From an uncultured Candidatus Berkelbacteria bacterium (GTDB lineage Bacteria > Patescibacteriota > UBA1384 > UBA12157 > JAENIV01): 64,000 nucleotides of DNA. The position numbers and the translations under genes are program-made. Below the pieces are notes generated by a model, which saw only the letters and a list, made by a program, of their open reading frames with translations, made no database searches and was not told the DNA's origin. Every line of letters begins with the position of its first letter. Position 1 is the stretch's first letter. Where the stretch lies: the NCBI GenBank assembly GCA_963698075.1, contig OY969116.1, positions 542,131 through 606,130 of the forward strand, written 5' to 3'. Of the stretch, positions 56,593 to 64,000 are shown one piece after another.

Positions 56593-58020
56593 TTATCTGA
56601 TAGAACCGGAAACCGGTGAGTCATCGCCTTCAAAATTCCGATAATAATCCCGATTGGTGACGAGGGCTTGGTCAGCCAAAGGGGCATAAACACCCGCCAA
56701 TTGCCGAATCTGATGGCAGAGCGGTTCCTCAATGACCGCTTCAGCCCCTTCGTGGGTCGGGTGAGCGCCACAGGTCCTCACGCAATGTTCAAGCCACTCA
56801 TTGTGGTCAATGATTATACAAGGCCTTAGCAGGTTGGGGTCGCGGCGGTTGTGGGCCCTGATCTCACGAAAGAAAGGGGAACTCAAAACATCCCAGAGAT
56901 GGCCGCCATTGGCCCAGATGTCTTTGATATTGTCCTTGGCAAAATGGATAAACACACATGGTTCCAAGTCGCCTCGGAAGTTGACGTGCAAATAGAGCTC
57001 GCCGCCGGCCATGCAGCCGCGAGTTAGGTGGCCGTCGTTCCAGAAGTCGGCGACAAAGATGGGCTTGGTACGCCTTAGATAGATAGTGTTGAAATGCCGG
57101 AGCCGATCGCGCTGTTCGGGCGTGATCATTAACTCCACGGTATTATCTTTGCCGACGGGCACAAAGATGAAGAACCAGCCGTAAAGGCAGCCGCGCTGGA
57201 TCATCTCGTCCACAAAGTCATCATGGAGAAAGTATTCCGCATTCGTGCGCATGGCGGTGGCGGAAAAACCGAAGAGCAGGCCGGCTTCATTCAATCGGGC
57301 CATGGTCTCTTTGGTTTTTCGATAAACCCCAGGGCCCCGCCGCCAATCAGTCATTGCCTCATCGCCCTCGATACTAATCGCTGGAGTGAAATTGCCCAGT
57401 GTTTGCATTGCTTCGATTTCGCGCTCGCCAATGGTGGTGCCATTGGTGTAAATGAGGAAAAAAGCATCTCTGTGCTTAGCATAAAGATCCAAAAGATCCG
57501 ACCGGACGAATGGTTCGCCGCCCGAGATGGTGTACATGAAGACGCCCATCTCCTTGCCTTCAGAAACGAGTCGATCCAGATCGTCGAAGGAAAGTGGATC
57601 GGGCCCCTTGGGATATTCGGCGGCATAACAACCACGGCAATGCAGATTACAGCGCATTGTCGGCGAAATCACCATGAGATAGGGCGGCACAACGCCATGA
57701 CGTCTGGCGAATTCCTGTCTGTTTTCACGTCCCCGCCAAGTGGCGTTGATGACCAGATTATCAATAATCGCCCGCCTGACGTTGGGATGTCGCCGCATTA
57801 GGTGCAGCGTCAGATCGGTTGCAGGATGACTGGCCTCATAAAGGCCTTTCAATTGGCGAAGCTGGGTTTGGAAATGCGCTCCTAGCCGGCGCCATTTTGA
57901 GGCAATGTTGGTCGCAGCAATCAGCGTCCTTCGGCTTCGACCAATGACAGCCGGATTCAGAGTCTTCTTGGCCACTTGTGACCAAAAGATCTGCTTGAAA
58001 AATCGTACCAGGAATCGCAC
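56593..58020 (-). CDS. Radical SAM enzyme with a Cys-rich C-terminal (SPASM/twitch-like) auxiliary-cluster domain
   Basis: It has CNLHCRGC and ISGGEPF motifs, and C-terminal Cys clusters GCMAG...C...CxxxC. Confidence 0.7.
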   Translation of the reverse strand: MRFLVRFFKQIFWSQVAKKTLNPAVIGRSRRTLIAATNIASKWRRLGAHFQTQLRQLKGLYEASHPATDLTLHLMRRHPNVRRAIIDNLVINATWRGRENRQEFARRHGVVPPYLMVISPTMRCNLHCRGCYAAEYPKGPDPLSFDDLDRLVSEGKEMGVFMYTISGGEPFVRSDLLDLYAKHRDAFFLIYTNGTTIGEREIEAMQTLGNFTPAISIEGDEAMTDWRRGPGVYRKTKETMARLNEAGLLFGFSATAMRTNAEYFLHDDFVDEMIQRGCLYGWFFIFVPVGKDNTVELMITPEQRDRLRHFNTIYLRRTKPIFVADFWNDGHLTRGCMAGGELYLHVNFRGDLEPCVFIHFAKDNIKDIWANGGHLWDVLSSPFFREIRAHNRRDPNLLRPCIIIDHNEWLEHCVRTCGAHPTHEGAEAVIEEPLCHQIRQLAGVYAPLADQALVTNRDYYRNFEGDDSPVSGSIR

Positions 58021-58102
58021 TTATCCTCACCTCCCTGTTTTCAGGTTCTCCCCCATTTCCAATAAAGTATATGCCAAAGGCACTTCTTTTTCAAGAGAAA
58101 GT

Positions 58103-59410
58103 TCATTGATTAAGTCTTTTGAGCAATAATTCTTTGGCCACTTTTTTATCTGACCAAGGAATTTTTTCATGCCCGACCACCATCCAATCTTCCGCCCCCT
58201 TGCCAGTGATGATAACAATGTCGCCCTTTTGAGCTAAAGTTAAAGCTTTTTCAATCGCCGCCCGCCGATCAAGAATTTTAAAAAAATTTTTGCCTTCAAT
58301 TTTCGGATTGGTTTTTGAGGCTCCCCGCGGTACACCATCAGCCACTTCTTCGATAATTCTTATCGGGTCTTCAGTATAGGGATCTTCATTAGTGATAATG
58401 ACCACGTCGGCGAATCTTCCCGCTAAAGCGCCCATAATCGGTCTTTTTGAACGATCGCGATCCCCGCAAGCGCCAAAAACCGCAATCAGCCGACCACGAA
58501 GAGAAGCTTGCAAAGTCGCAAAAATTTTTTCTAACGCGTCCGGGGTGTGAGCATAGTCAATAATGACCACAAACGACTGCCCCATTTCCACTTTTTCCAT
58601 CCGGCCAGGAATATTGTCAATTGATTCCAAAGCCTGCTTGGCCAGCCCCAAATTGATCTTAAGATCAATGGCAACGCACAGAGCCGCCAACGTATTATAA
58701 ATATTGAATTTGCCCGGCAATTTCAAATCAATCGCCACTTGCGTTTGGGGCGTCACCACCGTAAATAAACTACCGGTTGATTCCAAGATAATTTTTTTGG
58801 CTAAAATCTCCGGTTTTCTTGGACGTTCATTTTCTGGGCTTTCCGTTCCGTAAGTAATAATTTTCGGACCATCCATCTTCAAGAAAAAACTGGCTGATTT
58901 ATCATCCATATTGATAATTGCTGTCTCGGATTCTTGAAAAATTTTTGCCTTGGTGTCGCGGTATTCTTCGTAGGTTTTGTGATAGTCAAGATGATCATGA
59001 GTAATATTGGTCAAAACCGCAATTTTTGGCTCAATTGACCAAATGCGGTTTTGAGCGATTGAATGCGAGGTCGTTTCTAAAACCAACCAATGGCAGCCAA
59101 CCTTAACCGCCTCGCGCAGAAATTTCTGCAAAGCAAAAGGCGAAACCACCGTCATTTTGGTCCTGTTTTTCCATTCCCGGGCGCCAATTTTAAAATTAAT
59201 TGTCGTTGCCATCGCCACTTTGTAATTGGCCGCTTCCAAAATCCGAGCAATCATGTTGCAGGTGGTGGTTTTACCGTTGGTGCCGGTGACCATAATCACC
59301 CGAATATTTTTGGCCGGAAAGCGATAAATTGCCGCCGCCAATATTCCCCGAACTTTGTGGCTCCAAAGGATAAAAGATTGGGGTAAAGTTTTGCGTAAAA
59401 AATCCCTCAT
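58103..59410 (-). CDS. Mur ligase family protein (MurE/MurT-like)
   Basis: It has the P-loop MVTGTNGKTTT and Mur ligase middle and C-terminal domains. Confidence 0.7.
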   Translation of the reverse strand: MRDFLRKTLPQSFILWSHKVRGILAAAIYRFPAKNIRVIMVTGTNGKTTTCNMIARILEAANYKVAMATTINFKIGAREWKNRTKMTVVSPFALQKFLREAVKVGCHWLVLETTSHSIAQNRIWSIEPKIAVLTNITHDHLDYHKTYEEYRDTKAKIFQESETAIINMDDKSASFFLKMDGPKIITYGTESPENERPRKPEILAKKIILESTGSLFTVVTPQTQVAIDLKLPGKFNIYNTLAALCVAIDLKINLGLAKQALESIDNIPGRMEKVEMGQSFVVIIDYAHTPDALEKIFATLQASLRGRLIAVFGACGDRDRSKRPIMGALAGRFADVVIITNEDPYTEDPIRIIEEVADGVPRGASKTNPKIEGKNFFKILDRRAAIEKALTLAQKGDIVIITGKGAEDWMVVGHEKIPWSDKKVAKELLLKRLNQ

Positions 59411-60345
59411 CGTCGTCGAAAACTTTCTGCTAATTTAAATATTTTATACCATAACGGCTTATATACCAGGTCCCAACTACCAACGATATTGATTTTTTGT
59501 CCGCCGAATTGTTCTTTAAAAAAAGTCAAATTAGCGTATTTGTGATTTTCGCCCGCTTCCGGCGGCGCTATCGCCAATAAATCATAAATTTTACATCCCC
59601 GCTTTTTGGCTTCCAAAATTGCCTGCCAATGGGTCGCGTACGGTGCCATCACTTCTTTGTGCAATCGCGACGTTCCACCATACAAATATGAAGCCGCGCG
59701 GTCATAAAATGTAACAATGATTGCTGCCAAAGGAACATGATTATAGCGAGCAATAATTATCGCCGCTTCGCCTCTAGGATATAAACTTTTCATCATTTCC
59801 AAAAAATACTTCTTGTCGCGCAAAGAAAGTTTCTGATGTTCGGCAGTTTGCTGATAAAGGTCATAAAAAATTTCAATGCCATCATTTAATCGGTCAATGG
59901 GGCATATCGTCACCTCAACGCCGTGTTTTTGGCTGACTTTGATATTATAGCGTCCTTTCGGCTTCATCTGGGCTAAAATTTCTTCTTCGGATTTGGAAAT
60001 ATCAATTATTTGCCGCCATTCGGGCTGAAGTTCCTCGAAAGCTTTAATGAATTTTTTTTCACGCAATTTTTGAACCATTTTTTTATCATTTTCGTCCAAA
60101 ATTTCCAATCTTACAAATATGGTTCCATTTTTTTTAATATTTTTTTGTATTTTTTCTAAAAAATTTTGTAAATCTTTGATCGTCCTCCATTCAACCTCCG
60201 GCGCATACAAAAACGATAATCCCATTGGCAATGGTTTTTCCAGAACAAAAATATCATCGATTTTCTCGCTTTTCCAACCCTGCGAGACTTTAAGATCAAC
60301 CCATTCCTGGGTTTGTAATAAAGACTTCATGAGTTGATTATACAA
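59407..60345 (-). CDS. FemAB-family peptidyl/aminoacyl transferase
   Basis: It has a FemABX double-GNAT architecture in 312 aa, and its 3' end overlaps the Mur ligase start by 4 nt. Confidence 0.65.
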   Translation of the reverse strand: MYNQLMKSLLQTQEWVDLKVSQGWKSEKIDDIFVLEKPLPMGLSFLYAPEVEWRTIKDLQNFLEKIQKNIKKNGTIFVRLEILDENDKKMVQKLREKKFIKAFEELQPEWRQIIDISKSEEEILAQMKPKGRYNIKVSQKHGVEVTICPIDRLNDGIEIFYDLYQQTAEHQKLSLRDKKYFLEMMKSLYPRGEAAIIIARYNHVPLAAIIVTFYDRAASYLYGGTSRLHKEVMAPYATHWQAILEAKKRGCKIYDLLAIAPPEAGENHKYANLTFFKEQFGGQKINIVGSWDLVYKPLWYKIFKLAESFRRR

Positions 60346-60380
60346 CGACTTTAAGGTAAAATTAAAGTCGTTAGTTCAGG

Positions 60381-60486
60381 GGTTAAGGTTAGGATGCTAT
60401 TTTGGTCTATGGTCTAAAGTTTTAAGTCAATAATTAATCTAATAACCATTTACTCTTAACCAAACCAGCTTCTTTACCCTAACCCA
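60381..60486. repeat. ggttaaggttagg MITE-like element, copy 2 (divergent promoter region)
   Basis: ggttaaggttaggatgctattttggtctatggtctaaag...ccctaaccc. Confidence 0.5.
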
Positions 60487-60499
60487 AATACTATAAACT

Positions 60500-61750
60500 A
60501 TGAAAATATTAGCGATCGAAACATCTTGTGATGAAACAGCTGCATCTGTTATTGAAAAAACGCCATCGGGCGTTAAAATTTTGAGTAATATTGTTGCTTC
60601 GCAAATTGAGATTCATCAAAAATATGGCGGGGTTTTCCCCGAGCATGCCTCCCGGGCGCATGTCGAAAAAATAATTCCAGTAGTTGAACAGGCATTAATC
60701 CAGGCCGAAGGGATATCCCTGAGCGAGCGGCGGTCTCGACTGCGCTCCGTTTTTGGCGAGTCACGCATGAGCCAAAACGGAAGCAGGCGAGTAGGTCGGT
60801 TAGGGAGCCCAAATGCGAACGGGGTATCCCGAGGCCAAAATGATATTGATATTATCGCGGTAACGACAGGTCCAGGGCTGATCGGTTCTCTTCTAGTTGG
60901 GGTTAATTTTGCCAAAACTCTTTCATACGCGAAGAATTTACCCATAATTGGCATTAATCATTGGCTCGGGCATATTTACTCCAACTGGGCCGAAAAACCA
61001 TTTCCGCAGTTTCCTGCTTTGATATTGATCGCGAGTGGCGGACATACAGGTCTAGTTTTAATGAAATCGCACAAAAAAATAATTCCACTCGGCGAAACTT
61101 TAGACGATGCCGCCGGCGAGGCGTTCGACAAAGTGGCGAAATTATTAGATCTCGGATACCCCGGCGGGCCGGCGATAGCCGCTGCTGCCGCAGCTAAATT
61201 CAAAAATCAAAATGCAAAAAACAAAAAAACTGCAATTCAAAAATTAAAAATAGAATTTCCGAGAAGCATGTTGGACAGCGGAGATTTTAATTTTAGTTTT
61301 TCGGGCTTAAAAACGGCTGTATTATATAAATACAAAGAAGTGATTAGTCGTGATTCAGGAGTGATTAATAGTGATTTGTCGTCTGACAATCAATCACCTA
61401 ATCACAATAAATCACACGGCAAAGCCGCAAATCACTTAACTGCCGCTATCGCGGCCGAATTCCAACAAGCCGTCATTGATATTTTAATCGGCAAAACCAT
61501 CCAAGCCGCCTATGAATATCAGCCAAAATCCATCTGTCTCTGCGGCGGAGTGAGCGCGAATAAAGAACTTAGAGAACAAATGAAAAAGGCCGTTTCCGGC
61601 CTCCCCAGCCATCCATCCTTCCATGTTCCAGCCATCCACCTTTCAACAGATAACGCCGCCATGATCGGCATTGCCGCCGCTTATCACCTAAATGAAGCGA
61701 CCACATGGAAACGAGTGCATGCTAACGCTAATTTAAAACTCTACAACTGA
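60500..61750 (+). CDS. tsaD: tRNA N6-adenosine threonylcarbamoyltransferase TsaD (Kae1/Gcp), expanded by an in-frame repeat insertion plus low-complexity inserts
   Basis: Its MKILAIETSCDETAAS, HxxGH and GGVSAN motifs are canonical. The roughly 39-aa segment ERRSRLRSVFGESRMSQNGSRRVGRLGSPNANGVSRGQN has no counterpart in canonical TsaD and is encoded by repeat 60717-60836. Confidence 0.85.
   Translation: MKILAIETSCDETAASVIEKTPSGVKILSNIVASQIEIHQKYGGVFPEHASRAHVEKIIPVVEQALIQAEGISLSERRSRLRSVFGESRMSQNGSRRVGRLGSPNANGVSRGQNDIDIIAVTTGPGLIGSLLVGVNFAKTLSYAKNLPIIGINHWLGHIYSNWAEKPFPQFPALILIASGGHTGLVLMKSHKKIIPLGETLDDAAGEAFDKVAKLLDLGYPGGPAIAAAAAAKFKNQNAKNKKTAIQKLKIEFPRSMLDSGDFNFSFSGLKTAVLYKYKEVISRDSGVINSDLSSDNQSPNHNKSHGKAANHLTAAIAAEFQQAVIDILIGKTIQAAYEYQPKSICLCGGVSANKELREQMKKAVSGLPSHPSFHVPAIHLSTDNAAMIGIAAAYHLNEATTWKRVHANANLKLYN
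60717..60836 (+). repeat. GC-rich MITE-like dispersed element, copy 4 (in frame inside tsaD)
   Basis: ggcggtctcgactgcgctc...aaacggaagcaggcgagtaggtcggttagggagcc...gaacggggtatcccgaggcc is homologous to 7229-7382. Confidence 0.8.
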
Positions 61751-61752
61751 AA

Positions 61753-62253
61753 CTATTTGACAATCCCATATTTCTCTTCAAGCTCGGCTTTCCTTCCTTC
61801 CATTAACTCATATCTTGCCCGGTCTTCCGGCGTTTTTACAAGTCTTGCTGACGCTAATATTCTACTTATCTCTTGATATTCCTCTTGGGGCCCCATCGCC
61901 CCAATTGTCCTAAACAATGATTCCATTGCTTGTTTGTATTGCCATTGTTTTGATTGGACATCCTCTGGGCTACCCTGCTGAACAGAAACTTGATTTTGTA
62001 TGAAATCAACCATATCCAATTTAGTCTCAAGTAATTGATCTCTCATGCCACCTTTATGTGCATCAATCATGCCCCCAACGACTCCGACAATGTCTGGATT
62101 GGTTTTTTGACTTGGATCCATCGTAACAATCATTCTTACTAGCCGATTGCCTTCCGGATTTGTCCTATCTAGTAGTTGTGCCAGATTGCTTCTCGTTTCA
62201 TCCGTTAAAGTATCAGCAAATTTTATTGACTTTTCTGCTTCCAGATCCATCAA
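61753..62253 (-). CDS. Hypothetical protein
   Basis: 166-aa ORF with no recognisable domain. Confidence 0.4.
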   Translation of the reverse strand: MMDLEAEKSIKFADTLTDETRSNLAQLLDRTNPEGNRLVRMIVTMDPSQKTNPDIVGVVGGMIDAHKGGMRDQLLETKLDMVDFIQNQVSVQQGSPEDVQSKQWQYKQAMESLFRTIGAMGPQEEYQEISRILASARLVKTPEDRARYELMEGRKAELEEKYGIVK

Positions 62254-62334
62254 ACCTCCTTTGTTTTAAAAATAATTTGGCTAATTTTATTCTATTCTTG
62301 TCTAAATTTATGTCAAATGATAGGATAAGAGTAT

Positions 62335-64000
62335 GAAAGAGTTATCAAAAGCCTATGATCCAAAGGCAACTGAGGATCGCATATATTCTATGTGGGAGAA
62401 AAGCGGCGCATTTTCTCCCCAGCTAACACCTGAAACCTTAAACCTGAAACCTTTTGTGATTGTCATTCCCCCGCCCAATGTTACTGGCTCTCTCCATATG
62501 GGTCATGCTTTGAACAACACGATTCAAGATATTTTGATAAGACGCTCGCGGATGAAGGGCGTGCCGACTTTGTGGGTGCCGGGAACTGACCACGCAGGAA
62601 TTGCCACCCAAAATGTGGTTGAAAAGCAGCTCGCTAAAGAGGGTAAAAACCGCAACGATTTAGGCCGGGAAGAATTTGTCAAAAGAGTTTGGCAGCACGT
62701 TGACGAATACGGCCATATTATCATTGACCAGCTCAAGAAAATGGGCTGTTCCTGCGACTGGTCGCGCCAGCGCTTCACTATGGACAAAGACTATTCCAAA
62801 GCCGTCAAAGCCGCTTTCAAACACTATTATGACAAAGGTTGGATTTATCAAGGCGAGCGCGTGATTAACTGGTGCGTCCGTTGCCAAACCGCGCTTTCGG
62901 ATATTGAAGTGGAATACAAAGAACAGCCGACCAAACTTTATTTCTTTCGCTACGATAAGAATTTTCCTATCTCAATCGCCACCGCCAGACCAGAAACCAA
63001 ACTCGGCGATACGGCGGTGGCCGTCAATCTAAATGATAATCGCTATAAGAAATATGTCGGCCAAGAATTCGATGCCAATTTTGCCGGCAAAAACTTAAAA
63101 ATTAAAATTATTTCAGAGCCGTCGATTGATCCGAAATTTGGCACCGGCGCGGTCGGGATAACGCCAGCTCATTCAATCGTTGATGACGAAATCGCCGCCA
63201 AAAACAAACTCGAATCAATAAAAATTATCGATCAATATGGGAAAATGACCGAAGAAGCCGGCAAAGATTATGAAGGTCTCAAAACCGTCGAAGCCCGGGG
63301 AAAAGTAATTGAATGGCTTAAAAATAATAATCTCCTTGAAAAAGAAGAAGATATTACTAATAACATCAGCGTTTGTTATCGCTGCGGCAAAGAACTGGAG
63401 CCGCAACCTTCCAAACAATGGTTTGTCAAAATGTCAGAATTGATTAAACCGGCAATTGAGGCGATTGAAACCGATCAAATATCATTTACACCAACGCGTT
63501 GGAAAAAAATCTATCTAGATTGGATGAAAAACATCCGTGACTGGTGTATTTCCAGGCAAATCTGGTGGGGACACGGATTGCCAGTCTGGCAATCTGAACT
63601 CAAAAGTAAAAACTCAAAAGTAAAAACTGAAGAACAAAAAGACGACCGAGGGGATGCCCTGAGCGAAGTGGCGGCGTCCCGAACGCAGTTCGAGACAGGG
63701 CTGGGGTGGGTGCCCGAGAGCGAAGGGCGATCCGAGGGAGAAATTTACGTCGGAGACAATCCTCCCCCCGGTTATTCCCAAGTCTCCGACGTATTAGATA
63801 CTTGGTTTTCGAGCGCCTTGTGGCCTTTCGCCACGCTTGGGTGGCCTAAAGAAACAGATGATTTAAAATATTTTTATCCGACAACAATTCTCTCCACTGC
63901 CCGCGACATTAATATGCTTTGGGTGGTGAGGATGATTTTTTCTGGCCTTGAGTTTATGAAAGAAAAACCCTTCAGCCAAGTCTATGTTCATCCGACGATT
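62335..64000 (+). CDS. valS: Valyl-tRNA synthetase (window-truncated at the 3' end) carrying an in-frame repeat insertion
   Basis: It has a HIGH-region PPPNVTGSLHMGHAL and a CISRQ-WWGHxxP motif. The stretch RGDALSEVAASRTQFETGLGWVPESEGRSEGE before DTWFSS is encoded by repeat 63645-63738. Confidence 0.9.
63645..63738 (+). repeat. GC-rich MITE-like dispersed element, copy 5 (in frame inside valS)
   Basis: gaagtggcggcgtcccgaacgcagttcgagacagggctggggtgggtgcccgagagcgaaggg matches copy 3 at about 90%. Confidence 0.8.

Overview
The window is a mosaic. An AT-rich (~38-45% GC) backbone carries housekeeping and type IV pilus genes with Candidate-Phyla-Radiation-like content; this placement is inference from gene content. 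On the minus strand the backbone runs recA (5' partial), a RodZ-like gene, then a complete T4P locus: pilO, a pilM-pilN fusion, a PilX-like gene, three minor/pseudopilins including one of 666 aa, pilC, pilB, pilD and the major pilin pilA. Next come a stand-alone receiver, two SLH-domain S-layer-like proteins, and an HK-RR-RR-HK two-component operon with a GAF/PAS sensor kinase, followed by ftsK. Further along are a hicAB toxin-antitoxin pair, three TrmB-like HTH paralogs, rnj, a family-4 UDG, an MBL hydrolase, a GxxExxY gene, the rpsO-pnp operon, an nrnA-like gene, rpsT, lepB, a DUF2207 membrane protein, holA, a Pol I-type 5'-3' exonuclease, a Mur-ligase/FemAB pair, tsaD and valS (3' partial). 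Several GC-rich (~52-62%) islands interrupt this backbone. They encode orphans and apparently acquired functions: an L-fucose/arabinose-isomerase-like enzyme, an orphan 483-aa protein next to an HD-domain protein, a secreted protein plus a Cys-rich zinc-ribbon protein, and a prenyltransferase/terpene-cyclase-repeat protein. One island is biosynthetic-looking: a FabH-like KAS III, a FabZ-like hot-dog dehydratase, a B12-binding radical SAM and a SPASM-type radical SAM. Two islands sit behind textbook consensus sigma70 promoters. The most unusual signal is a set of small dispersed repeat families. A GC-rich ~100-150 bp element is present in five copies, three of them inserted in frame and sense-oriented inside tsaD, valS and the PilX-like gene. 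An AT-rich palindromic element is inserted in frame in the 5'-3' exonuclease gene. pilA is bracketed by hairpin-containing direct repeats. Short direct repeats delimit cassette-like modules around hicAB. No tRNA, rRNA or CRISPR array was found.
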